A program made the position numbers and the translations under genes. Positions 1 through 8,942 of a stretch of 64,000 bases of DNA are shown here, piece by piece. The first letter of the stretch is position 1, and every line of letters starts with the position of its first letter. The stretch comes from Planctomycetota bacterium (GTDB taxonomy: Bacteria; Planctomycetota; B15-G4), in NCBI GenBank assembly GCA_965248575.1, contig CBDFJQ010000002.1, positions 2,720,001 to 2,784,000 on the forward strand, in the 5' to 3' direction. A model generated the notes under the pieces. That model saw nothing but the letters and a program-made list of their open reading frames with translations, did no database searches and had not been told where the DNA came from.

Positions 1-319
1 CGCAGCCATCGCGACTTGGTATCCAGAGATACCTGGGTTCCGCGCCAGCTTGGGACGAACTCAAGCCGTATTCAACTGGAGGGAACCACACTGGGCAGAA
101 CGTGCGCCTGGCCACCGAACGTTCCAGAGAGTCCTTGTGCCTGCCCCGCTGCTTGCTCTCGACGCCTGGAAGGCTGGAATCGCACGACAACCGACATCGG
201 TGCCCAACTGTTCAGCGGCACGTTGCATCCATCGGTCCTTTGAGCTGCCTATGGTGGGAGTGACCTTCCCCCAGTTCAGTGGACACCTGGTTAAGCCGCG
301 TCAAAAAGGACGGTTGAAA

Positions 320-480
320 CGGCGAACAGCGATCACGGGTGCCATCGACTCCGGGACGAGCCCGCTGGATGCCAAGGACTGCGGTGGATACACCAAGATC
401 ACCACGACGGCCCTCTATGTCGAGTCGATCAAGAACCGGAGCGTTCTCGCGAACCACACAAAACGTCACGTCAACCACAA
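320..480 (+). pseudogene. Degenerate C-terminal remnant of a tyrosine recombinase/integrase
   Basis: Frame of ORF 50..505 reads RRTAITGAIDSGTSPLDAKDCGGYTKITTTALY. This resembles the integrase box II/III pattern R-x-T-x-I-T...G...GH...TT..Y, with GH changed to GY and no recognisable upstream catalytic domain. Confidence 0.4.
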
Positions 481-501
481 TCTGCCGCACGAGGACGCCG
501 C

Positions 502-1269
502 GTGATTCCGTCTAAGGAACAGAAGGTCTACCTGAACAACATAGCCACACGTTCGTTCCGTGATGTGGCCGACCAAGACTACATCGTGGCGCGGCTGTGC
601 TACCGATCTGGGCTGATGCTCCAGTTCTTGTGGATGGCGCAGCAGGCAATCGAGAAGTACCTCAAGGCAATCCTGCTCTACAACGCACACAGCACGAAGG
701 GTCTCAGCCACAACCTCGAAATGGCACTGCTTCGAGTCGAGTCGATCAAGCGCATCGAACTTACCCTCTCGGACAAGTCGAGAGCGTTCCTTGCCTACGT
801 GGACGCGCACGGCCCCAACCGCTACCTGGAGCAAACGCACTACACACATGGCTTGGAGCTTCCCAAGCTGGACAAGCTCGTGTGGGAACTGCGTCTCTAT
901 TGTCGCGTCATCGACTACGAGCTGAAGGGCTCCGGAAACCTGCTACACCTTGAGTTGAACGAAATCCGTCAATGGCAAGGATCGGACGAGAAGCACAAAT
1001 TCAATCGATGCCACGGCTTCCTTGAGAAGGTGCTCAAAAAGCCAGAGGACCCGCGACGCGAGCCTCTCATCTGGCAGAATCTCTACTTTGGGAAGCGACG
1101 TCGAAGCAGCATCAAGATCCCGAATCACTCGAATTCGATAAACCCAACGCACATTCTTCACCCTGAACACTTCGAGTTGTTCGATCAATTCGTTCAGTTC
1201 CCAAGACACGTCCGCAACCGATTCGTACAAGAGAAGGCAAAGGATTCAAAGAAGCCGCGTGGGAAGTAG
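502..1269 (+). CDS. HEPN domain-containing protein (255 aa)
   Basis: GAGGA RBS before GTG. Motifs ADQDYIVAR, AQQAIEKYLKA, SHNL and NRYLEQTH (RY / Rx5H) are typical of HEPN-superfamily proteins. AT-richer than the core genes. Confidence 0.75.
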   Translation: MIPSKEQKVYLNNIATRSFRDVADQDYIVARLCYRSGLMLQFLWMAQQAIEKYLKAILLYNAHSTKGLSHNLEMALLRVESIKRIELTLSDKSRAFLAYVDAHGPNRYLEQTHYTHGLELPKLDKLVWELRLYCRVIDYELKGSGNLLHLELNEIRQWQGSDEKHKFNRCHGFLEKVLKKPEDPRREPLIWQNLYFGKRRRSSIKIPNHSNSINPTHILHPEHFELFDQFVQFPRHVRNRFVQEKAKDSKKPRGK

Positions 1270-1332
1270 GAGTGATAGCCGTCGGACTACCGGTCAGCGA
1301 ACGGGAAGTGCGCAGGGCCGTCTTGCCTGCAC

Positions 1333-1965
1333 TCACGTCCAGCTCGCAATCTTCACGTCCTCAATACGGCGACCTTTGTTCTCAAGGCAGAGCCAGAAAT
1401 CTCTCGGTTCAGCGCCGTATTCAAGGATCACCTGTACCCGATAGGTGCCAGTTGGCAGCCGCCACTTGGGCACCTTGTAGTCGCCCTTCTGGTAACTCAG
1501 GCCGGAAGCGACGTAGGCAGCGTCTTCGCCCTCCCACTTCACCAGAAGTGGAATTGTTTCGGGCCAGTGCGCATGCACGTCCCGCGCCCGTCCCGTAACC
1601 CATACGGCCGGCTGGAACTGGCCGTTCTGCCGAGGCTCCGCGCTCGAACTCCATCGTGCCTCAATCCACTCGTCTATGAACGGCGATCCGTCCGGGTTCA
1701 GGACACGAAACCGCGCTCGAGTTGCAAAGGCTGGTGAACGGGTCAGATTGATGTAATCCGCGCTGACGTTCCGGACCTCTAGGTTGAACCAAGCGAAATT
1801 GTTCGGGTGACGCGCAGGCGTCGCAACCGGTTCGACCACCAACTTCGGAACGTGGAGTCGCTGCCATACCGTCGCGGCTAGGATCGAAACGCCAAGACCC
1901 AAGAAGGCGCCCACGACTAGGTTCGGCACATCCAAGAGCGCCTGTGCATTCTCCGCTGACATCAT
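1333..1965 (-). CDS. Hypothetical membrane-anchored protein (210 aa), island cargo
   Basis: N-terminal TM helix (LVVGAFLGLGVSILAATVW) followed by a beta-rich domain; convergent with the HEPN gene. Confidence 0.65.
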   Translation of the reverse strand: MMSAENAQALLDVPNLVVGAFLGLGVSILAATVWQRLHVPKLVVEPVATPARHPNNFAWFNLEVRNVSADYINLTRSPAFATRARFRVLNPDGSPFIDEWIEARWSSSAEPRQNGQFQPAVWVTGRARDVHAHWPETIPLLVKWEGEDAAYVASGLSYQKGDYKVPKWRLPTGTYRVQVILEYGAEPRDFWLCLENKGRRIEDVKIASWT

Positions 1966-2133
1966 GGTCCCAGCCTACTAGTTCCGACCAGATCGGCTGA
2001 TGGGTGGATCTCGGTTGTCCCTGGCCGCCCGCACGATCGCCGCGATGCCCACACGGACAGCTGCGGAGAGGTCCTCCCAAGCCGCCATCACGGCCGCCAA
2101 CTCCGGGTCTACCTGACGGCCGGACTGCTCCCC

Positions 2134-2156
2134 ACTGCTGGGGCTACTGCTGGGGC
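2134..2156 (+). repeat. Direct repeat ACTGCTGGGGC x2 (12-bp period), candidate integrase arm-type sites
   Basis: Copies at 2134-2144 and 2146-2156, plus a partial ACTGCT at 2124; about 55 bp inside the att core. Confidence 0.55.
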
Positions 2157-2210
2157 CGCCAGCCCCGCCTCCACAAGCTACGTCCGTGCCACCACTTACA
2201 CCGCGGGCCT

Positions 2211-2260
2211 CCAGCTTCCCAAGCTGGTTGTCGCCGGTTCGAATCCGGTCACCCGCTCCA
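2211..2260 (+). tRNA. 3' fragment of tRNA-Gly(CCC) (att core duplication; not a complete tRNA)
   Basis: Anticodon arm CCAGC-TTCCCAA-GCTGG, T arm GCCGG-TTCGAAT-CCGGT, acceptor 3' strand CACCCGC, discriminator T and CCA. No D arm or matching 5' acceptor strand at the required distance upstream. Confidence 0.88.
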
Positions 2261-2331
2261 GTGCGCTGGGCTGATCATCTCTTGGAAGCGAGCGCGCGCA
2301 CCCGGGCAGGTGCGCCGAGCGCGCCCCTCGC

Positions 2332-3366
2332 CTACGGCCCCATCAACGAGTTCCAGTAGCTGTAGTCATCCAGGCCGCTCGCCTCCCAGGTCAGGCGGTC
2401 GAGGGCCGTGGGCGGGCCGTCGAAGAAGCCGTCGTTGTCGAAGTCCACCAGGAACACCCGCTTCTCATAGATGGGGTGGTCGTCCAACCGCCAAAGCCGA
2501 CCCACCTGGGAGTGGTCGAACTTCTTCATGTGGTTCATCTCGGCCAACTCCGGCACGGCGTTGGAATCGGAGAGCACCACGGGCGTCGCGTTGACCACGT
2601 TGTCGAAGGAGTAGAGCGTCGCCGTGCCCATGCCGTCGTCCAGCAGGGCCAGCACGAAGCGCGCCTCGGCATCGAACTCGAAGGCCCTGATCTCCGGTGC
2701 CAGGGGCCCGCGGTAGATCTCGGCGATGCGGAAAGCCTTGTTGATGAACACGGGTGGAATGGGACCACCGCCGATGGGAATCGGCGCCAGCTGGAATTTC
2801 AGCGCCTTCAACTTCCAACGCTGGATGACCAGGTCACCCGTTGTCGGATCGAAGCCGGCGAAAGCGAAGACGTCCTTCTTGGCACACGCCAGGCGCATCA
2901 CGTCGAAGGAGGCCGTCTTGCTGTAGGTCTTGCTGAGCCAGCCCCCTTGGCCATCGGGGATCTCCTCCCGGATGTCGATGTCCCGGAACTCCTCAGCGAA
3001 GAGCGTCTGGCGCAGCGTCGCGCTTCGCCAGACGGGCATCCCCGGCTCCATGTAGCCGTGCCCGTCCCGCTCCGAGGCGCCGGACGCCGCAGCAACACCG
3101 CCGTGATCATGACCGACACCGTCCGATGCCTGATCCGATTCCTGTTCAGCGCCGACCAGCTCTTGGTCGGAGCCGAGTTGGTTCAGCGCGTCGTCGTCAG
3201 ACATCGTGGATTCCTCATGTGCAGAGGCGGGTGCAGAGGCCTGAGCCAGCCCACCAGAGCTCGACGACGAGCTCAGCCCATCGCCGTTCTCTGCGCAGCC
3301 GCTGGCAAACCCCCAGGCCCCCAGGAGCAGTAGGGCGCCCGTCCAAACTGTGTTTGTTGCGTTCAT
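2332..3366 (-). CDS. Hypothetical lipoprotein (344 aa)
   Basis: Hydrophobic N-terminus ending FASGC (lipobox-like), a Ser/acidic linker, a beta-rich body and a C-terminal DFDNDG Ca-binding-like motif. Confidence 0.7.
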   Translation of the reverse strand: MNATNTVWTGALLLLGAWGFASGCAENGDGLSSSSSSGGLAQASAPASAHEESTMSDDDALNQLGSDQELVGAEQESDQASDGVGHDHGGVAAASGASERDGHGYMEPGMPVWRSATLRQTLFAEEFRDIDIREEIPDGQGGWLSKTYSKTASFDVMRLACAKKDVFAFAGFDPTTGDLVIQRWKLKALKFQLAPIPIGGGPIPPVFINKAFRIAEIYRGPLAPEIRAFEFDAEARFVLALLDDGMGTATLYSFDNVVNATPVVLSDSNAVPELAEMNHMKKFDHSQVGRLWRLDDHPIYEKRVFLVDFDNDGFFDGPPTALDRLTWEASGLDDYSYWNSLMGP

Positions 3367-3406
3367 GTTCGTCTCTTTCGCTCGAGGTCGAGTGGCCGAA
3401 GCGCGT

Positions 3407-4249
3407 TCAGCACTCTTCCGGGCAGGAGTTCATGCAATCGGGGATCACCTTGTTGTCCGGATAGGCGTCCTGCGCTGTGCCATCGCAGCCTCCTGGGGGC
3501 GAGCCCATGGTCGGGCAGTTGGCATAGCCAGGGCCGGGGTCCCACGGGTCCGGACAATTGCAACCGAAGGCCGTGTTGGCATTCTCCTCCGTGTTCCAGC
3601 GGTCCTGCATCTTGTCGTAGGAGTCAGAGAGCGACTTGCAGTAGTCCTTGAGATTCCCTCGTTCGAGGCCCGGGATGGGGTCGCCGTTGTCGTCCGTCAG
3701 CCCCTCGCACTCTTCGTCAGCACAACACTCGCCCACCGCGCCGATCTCATCGCACACCTGCATGGCCGAGTTGACTGCATAGTTGATGTCGTTGCAGTCG
3801 GGAGGTGTGGGGCTCGCTGCGGGGGGCTTGGTCAAGTCAAAGAGTGGCCCCGCGCCCACACCCTTGTCCGAGTGAGGCGGACACAGGAAGTGCAGCATCT
3901 CGTGGGCGAGGGTTGGGAAAATCGCACCGAGGAACTCGGGAGTACACAGGTTCGCCCCGCCACCGTACTGGCCGCCGAAGCCTTCGGGCCAGAGGTTCAC
4001 ATTGGGTCCCGGGTTCTGGGGGTTGGCCCCCACCGCGGCCCCCTTGTACGTACCGATCACCCACTTGCCGTCCTTGTACATCCAACGCTGGATGGTGCCG
4101 GCCTGCAGGTTGATCATGTACCCGGGCCCTGCGCCGATGTTCCCGGCAATGTCATTGAGCAACTGATCGAGACAGGCGTTGCTCTGGGCTTTCGTCGCCT
4201 GCCCCAAGGCCACGAACAGGGTGGCCACCACCAAGACTGCGCGGATCAT
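3407..4249 (-). CDS. Secreted Cys-rich protein with HExxH zinc-metallopeptidase motif
   Basis: Signal peptide MIRAVLVVATLFVALGQATKA, GGAGGAG RBS, TLAHEMLH motif and many Cys/Asp/Pro residues in the C-terminal half. Confidence 0.7.
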   Translation of the reverse strand: MIRAVLVVATLFVALGQATKAQSNACLDQLLNDIAGNIGAGPGYMINLQAGTIQRWMYKDGKWVIGTYKGAAVGANPQNPGPNVNLWPEGFGGQYGGGANLCTPEFLGAIFPTLAHEMLHFLCPPHSDKGVGAGPLFDLTKPPAASPTPPDCNDINYAVNSAMQVCDEIGAVGECCADEECEGLTDDNGDPIPGLERGNLKDYCKSLSDSYDKMQDRWNTEENANTAFGCNCPDPWDPGPGYANCPTMGSPPGGCDGTAQDAYPDNKVIPDCMNSCPEEC

Positions 4250-4429
4250 TCGCAAGGCTCTCCTCCTCCAAACGGACCGGTTGGTTGCTGAGCGGGCGAT
4301 TCCCCCTTGGATTCGCCCCGAAAGGGGAAGCGTGCGTTCTCCCCCTCAGCGGACAAGAAAATCGGGCCGCCCGAATCCGTGCCAGCACCGATAGACGAGC
4401 GCTGGACTACCCCGCCCACAGCGCCCCCT

Positions 4430-5701
4430 CTACCCCTCCTCGTGCTCACACGTGAACACCGCCACCGTCGGGATCGGCGGGTAGCGCATGGTGAACCGAT
4501 ATCCGCAGAAGCCGCTGCCCTCCCAGCCCGCGCGTTCGAAGGCCGAGTGCAGCATCTCGCCGTAGCGCGGCACATCGGCTGACGCCATGGTCCCCAGCCC
4601 ACGGCCCAACTCGTGCACCGACTCGAAGACCGGCAGGCGTTGGTCGTCGTCGTCCGCCAGCGAACGACCGCCCCCGTCCAGCTGGGCGTAGAGGGCGATG
4701 CCCGGGTCGTGCGCCCAGGGCAGATCTTCACTCACGATGAGGTCGAGCTGCAGACGCTCCACGGGTGTCAGCAGCGCGGCGCCGATGCGAAACAGGCGGT
4801 CGTCTTCGGGGCCCGGCGCGGGCAAGGCCCCGCGGTTGAGTTCACCGAAGACATGGGTGCTGGCGTTGGTGTTGCCCACGGGGCCCGCGGGCAAGATGTA
4901 ACGGCTGACGTTGGCGGACGTCTGTTCCACCAAGTCGGGAGCGCCCGGCGAACAGAACTCCCGGAGGAGAGGCAACTCCTCGGAGCCCAGTTGTGGGTCG
5001 AGGGCCTCCGTGCGAAAGGGCGGCAGGCCGCTGCCGTCGTCGAGGCGACGCGTGCGCCGGAAAAGGGTCCAGCGGGCATCGCCGCGCAGCCGCCGGAGGT
5101 CCACCAGCCCCTTGAGCCCCACCACATCCAAATGGGTGGTCCGTTCCGTGGAGGGCTGCAGGATGGTCGTGCTGAACTGCACTCGCGCCTGCACGCCCCA
5201 GGTCCCGCCCATGCCCAGGTAGGCTTGGCGGCGCCCGGCCTCGAGGCGCTCTGCCGCGCGCGGTTCGCTCATCGAGGCGGTGAGCTGGTCGAGGGTCTGC
5301 CGGTCGCCGGTGTGGGCGGCGACCATGCTGTCGTAGGCGGCCATGGCTTCGCGCAGCGCAGTGGCCGGCCCCTCTCCCGCACCCGCCTTGCGCAGCGCGG
5401 TGATGAAGGCGCCCAGGGCATCGGGCCCGGGCACATGCGGAACGGCGTCGGCGGGCTCCCGCGCGGCCACGACCTTGGACACACGCCAGGCCAGACTCTT
5501 GCTGATGCCCAGCTCGCGCGCCATGGGCCGCGGCCGATGGGCGTCCGCACCAACGGCAGCCAGGGCCTCCGTAAAGGCAGCCCTCAGCCGATGGAAGGCC
5601 TCTCGAAGATGCTGCTCAAAGGGCTGGGTGGCGGGGGAGCTGGGCAGGGGCACGAGAGTGATTCGGCGAGGGAAGGGGGGCTGCTGTTGAGTCTGCAGCA
5701 T
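4430..5701 (-). CDS. Putative transcriptional regulator with N-terminal HTH (start uncertain)
   Basis: PRPMARELGISKSLAWRVSK is HTH-like and is followed by a ~300-aa domain. The gene is divergent from a secreted-protein gene. Confidence 0.65.
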   Translation of the reverse strand: MLQTQQQPPFPRRITLVPLPSSPATQPFEQHLREAFHRLRAAFTEALAAVGADAHRPRPMARELGISKSLAWRVSKVVAAREPADAVPHVPGPDALGAFITALRKAGAGEGPATALREAMAAYDSMVAAHTGDRQTLDQLTASMSEPRAAERLEAGRRQAYLGMGGTWGVQARVQFSTTILQPSTERTTHLDVVGLKGLVDLRRLRGDARWTLFRRTRRLDDGSGLPPFRTEALDPQLGSEELPLLREFCSPGAPDLVEQTSANVSRYILPAGPVGNTNASTHVFGELNRGALPAPGPEDDRLFRIGAALLTPVERLQLDLIVSEDLPWAHDPGIALYAQLDGGGRSLADDDDQRLPVFESVHELGRGLGTMASADVPRYGEMLHSAFERAGWEGSGFCGYRFTMRYPPIPTVAVFTCEHEEG

Positions 5702-5728
5702 CCCAGCCCACCTGGGAAGCGTCCAGGT

Positions 5729-5748
5729 AAATGTCCCATGGGACACTT
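5729..5748. promoter_or_regulatory. Palindromic candidate operator AAATGTCCCATGGGACACTT
   Basis: Perfect 14-bp palindrome TGTCCCA|TGGGACA at 5732-5745, in the divergent intergenic region beside the HTH gene. Confidence 0.5.
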
Positions 5749-5876
5749 GCCGGATTTCGAATCCCCGTCTAGGATCGCCCTTCCGTCGCTGGGCCCACTC
5801 TTAATAGAGGCAGCCTGCTGACGGTCCCAGGCCACCCGTGGGCCTACACCCCATCAGCCGGAGCGCTGCACCCATC

Positions 5877-7283
5877 ATGAAGACACTTCTCGGACTCCTG
5901 ACCCTTGGCGCCCTCGGCGCGCTGGCGACACCCGCCACGACCCAGACCGTCAGCTACACGGTGATCACGCCACCCGGCACCTTCGAGCAAGCCATCGGGA
6001 TGTCGCCCAACGGCGAGTACGTCTGCGGCAGCGGCGGCTCCAACGGGTTCATCTGGTCCGAGGCGGGCGGCCTGCAGACGGGCTTCGGTTTCCCTGTGGA
6101 ATCCTGGGGTGTCTCCGACGACGGCATGAGCATGTCCGGCACCTTCCTCAATGGAATGAGCCAGAGTGAGGGCGGTGTGTGGACGGCGGGTGGTGGCGCG
6201 GCCCTGCAAGGCAGCCCCTTTGGTTCTGGTTGCGGCTCGGACGTGAGCCACCTCTTCGGCCTCGACGCCGACGGCGATGTGTCCGTAGGCATGGCCTGGG
6301 ACGGTTGCCGCACGAGCCCCGTGCGCTGGACCCCCGGCACGGGCATGACCGCCATGGTCAAGCAGGACCCCACCTCGAGCGCGCGTGCTCACCGCGTCTC
6401 GGGTGACGGTCTGATCGCCGTGGGTTGGGACCAGGGCTTGCCTACTGGCCAGGGCTTCTCCCGGCGCGCCTGCGTCTGGACCACGCCCACCACTCAGATC
6501 TTTCCTCTCACCACCCCAGGCAACCCGCAGGGCCTGGGAGAGGTGACGGATGTGAACAGCGACGGCACCGTCTTCTGCGGCACGGTCAACAACAACGCCT
6601 TCCGTTGGATCGTGGGCAGTGAACCGCAGACCCTCGAGCCGGTCGCAGGCCTCGGCGGACAGTACTTTGCCAACGGTATCTCGGACGACGGCAGCGTCTC
6701 CGTGGGTGTGCGTCTACAGTTCCCGGTTGCCGACGGCGTCATCTGGACCCCCACCGGGGGCGCGATGCTGATGGTGGACTTCCTCGCCGCCAATGGCATC
6801 ACGGTGAGCGCCACCGATGTGCGCAACTGCACTGACGTCTCCGCCGACGGCACGCGCATCTGCGGCTGGGGCAACAACGGCGCCTGGGTCGTGGACCTCG
6901 ATGTGGACGATGACCCTTGGGTCGACCTCGGTGGCGCTTCCGTGGGCATCGCGGGCGAGCCCCTCCTGGATGTCACCGGTGATCTCACCACCGGCTCCAC
7001 CCTGACCCTCGATGTGAGCAACGCCCCAAGTGGCGCCCTCATGGTGGGCTGGCTCTCCTTCACCTCCGTGCCCTTGGACTTCTTCGGTGGCACCATCTAC
7101 GCCAACCCACAGAGCGTGCAGATCGTGCGCATCGCCGACGGCGCTGGCAACTGGAGCACACCGCTCAACTGGCCGCCCGGCGTGGCTCCGGGTATCGATC
7201 TCTTCTTGCAGTTCCTGGTGCAGGACGCGTCCGTGCCGGATGGCATCACTCTCTCCAATGCCATGATGGCCGTGACACCCTGA
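5877..7283 (+). CDS. Secreted beta-propeller (HAF-like extracellular repeat) protein with ~125-aa C-terminal domain
   Basis: Signal peptide; repeats of type (V/I)S-x-DG-x-x-x-x-G followed by xxW; C-terminal WVDLGG...LQ...LSNA domain. Confidence 0.8.
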   Translation: MKTLLGLLTLGALGALATPATTQTVSYTVITPPGTFEQAIGMSPNGEYVCGSGGSNGFIWSEAGGLQTGFGFPVESWGVSDDGMSMSGTFLNGMSQSEGGVWTAGGGAALQGSPFGSGCGSDVSHLFGLDADGDVSVGMAWDGCRTSPVRWTPGTGMTAMVKQDPTSSARAHRVSGDGLIAVGWDQGLPTGQGFSRRACVWTTPTTQIFPLTTPGNPQGLGEVTDVNSDGTVFCGTVNNNAFRWIVGSEPQTLEPVAGLGGQYFANGISDDGSVSVGVRLQFPVADGVIWTPTGGAMLMVDFLAANGITVSATDVRNCTDVSADGTRICGWGNNGAWVVDLDVDDDPWVDLGGASVGIAGEPLLDVTGDLTTGSTLTLDVSNAPSGALMVGWLSFTSVPLDFFGGTIYANPQSVQIVRIADGAGNWSTPLNWPPGVAPGIDLFLQFLVQDASVPDGITLSNAMMAVTP

Positions 7284-7343
7284 CCAGAGCCGTGCACTCG
7301 CGCTGACGTTCCTGGCGCGGTCTCAACGCATGGCATGGCGAAG

Positions 7344-7388
7344 GCCTCCCCTTCTGGATCACATCCAGAAGGGGAGGCTTTCTCTTTT
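7344..7388 (+). terminator. Intrinsic terminator between convergent genes
   Basis: 16-bp perfect stem GCCTCCCCTTCTGGAT / ATCCAGAAGGGGAGGC with a CAC loop, followed by TTTCTCTTTT. Confidence 0.8.
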
Positions 7389-7406
7389 CAGACTCCAGCC
7401 GAGCAC

Positions 7407-8600
7407 TCACTCACACTCGACCTTTTTCCAGGTCGAGGTGCAGACCTGCGTCCAACACGTCGCGTTGCATCCGTAGATGTCGAGGCAGTTCAAGTAGGCC
7501 TGCAACGCGATCGCCTCGTTGGCCTCACGCGTTGACTTGGCCAACGCCATGGCTGCGTTGTAGCCCGTTTGGGCAATGGTGAGAGCCGTGTCGCAATTCG
7601 TACTGACGATGGCGTAGGTCACAGCCGCGCCGACCTGAGCAACGGTCGCCGTCGCTGAGGCACCGACCACACAGGCCGGAGCCCATGGACCTGTGACCGC
7701 ACAGACCTTCAGCGCGATGAGGTAGGTTGCCTCGAAACCGGCAACCGCCGTGAGGTAGACATTCCGCGAAGTTGTCTTGCAGCTGGTATGCGTACTGTTC
7801 GCCGCGTTGAGAGCGATTTGCGCTTTTCCCACCTCCTCCGTGTAAGTCACCCCCAACTCCGCCATCTTCGTCTGGAATGCGTTCACGCACCCGTTGCACT
7901 CCGGTGTGTTGAGCACGCAGGGCCAGGAGACGGTGACGCAGTTGATCTCCAGCTCCCAGCAGGTGGGCTCCGGGTACCACTCCCCTTCCTGGGGGATGAC
8001 CGGCTGTTCCTCTTCGATTCCGTCCACGCCAGAGCCGGGCCACGTGGTGTAGAAACCGACGGTCAGCTTGTTGTTGAGTGTGCTCGATCCGTCGATGAAG
8101 GAAGCCGTCTTGGCCATGACGGAATAGGAGGCGAGGCCAGTCGACAGGGTCACCTCGACATTGGCAAAGGCCGCGTTCGTCGCCTGGAAGAAGGCGATCT
8201 CCTGAGGAGGCAGGCCCACCTGGGTGAAGTCGATAGGCTCTGTCTTCGTCACGTCCAGGACGAACGGCATGCCGAGCTGGTTGACACCCGAGAAGGTGCC
8301 CAGCTCACCGGCGTATTGCCCACCAGCGAGGATGTTGTAGTCCGCGGTGTTGATGTTCCAGGGAAGGCCGAACAGCCCTTCGTACACGTCACGATTGGCG
8401 TCGAGGACATCCTGTTCCGAGACACCCGAGCCTCCCCCGGGCCCGGAACCAGAACCGTGGCCAAGGCCCGGCACCTGTTGTTGTTGCTGAGCAGACACCG
8501 AAACGGAGGCCACCATGAGCAGGGCAAACAGCACGCCCTTTGCGAAAGTTCGAATCCGGATCATCAAAGACTCCAAAGCAGTACGAGAGGTCAGTGCCAT
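7407..8600 (-). CDS. Secreted protein with Cys-rich C-terminal helical/hydrophobic hairpin (397 aa)
   Basis: Signal peptide (VLFALLMVASVSVSA), Q/G-rich linker, and a C-terminal third with many Cys flanking Ala/Thr/Val-rich helices. Confidence 0.7.
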   Translation of the reverse strand: MALTSRTALESLMIRIRTFAKGVLFALLMVASVSVSAQQQQQVPGLGHGSGSGPGGGSGVSEQDVLDANRDVYEGLFGLPWNINTADYNILAGGQYAGELGTFSGVNQLGMPFVLDVTKTEPIDFTQVGLPPQEIAFFQATNAAFANVEVTLSTGLASYSVMAKTASFIDGSSTLNNKLTVGFYTTWPGSGVDGIEEEQPVIPQEGEWYPEPTCWELEINCVTVSWPCVLNTPECNGCVNAFQTKMAELGVTYTEEVGKAQIALNAANSTHTSCKTTSRNVYLTAVAGFEATYLIALKVCAVTGPWAPACVVGASATATVAQVGAAVTYAIVSTNCDTALTIAQTGYNAAMALAKSTREANEAIALQAYLNCLDIYGCNATCWTQVCTSTWKKVECE

Positions 8601-8942
8601 CGCATTCCCTGCCTAGGGAGTGTCCGGCGTGTACGCCTTGGTTCAGGAATCCGAGCGCTCATGAACTCGAGGCGACAACTCGAGTGCATGCCACAAGCCG
8701 CCGCACGCGTCGTGAGAGCTGCAATCGTCACGCCTTTGTGCTGCCCGAACACAGGGAGCGCGCCCAGGCGATCATCGACACGGCCATCCGGCAGGGTCGG
8801 GGATTCGGCGCTGCGGGATGGTTCCGATGGGCCGGTGCATCGGTGGCGGCCATGGGAGGTGTGGCTTTCCGGAAGAGTGCCCACGAATTACCCAGCTGGT
8901 GACATGTTCAAATCTCGAACCGCACCTCGTCGGGCAGACGAC

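Larger units (their letters stand above)
1..2260. mobile_element. Right end of an integrative element/genomic island inserted in tRNA-Gly(CCC)
   Basis: Bounded by a tRNA 3' fragment at 2211-2260. Arm-like direct repeats at 2134-2156, accessory cargo (HEPN), a recombinase remnant and lower GC. The left end lies outside the window. Confidence 0.7.

Noticed and set aside
2185..2260. Complete tRNA-Gly gene
   Set aside because: The D arm and correctly spaced 5' acceptor strand are missing; GCGGG at 2203 is too close to the anticodon arm. Treated as an att fragment.
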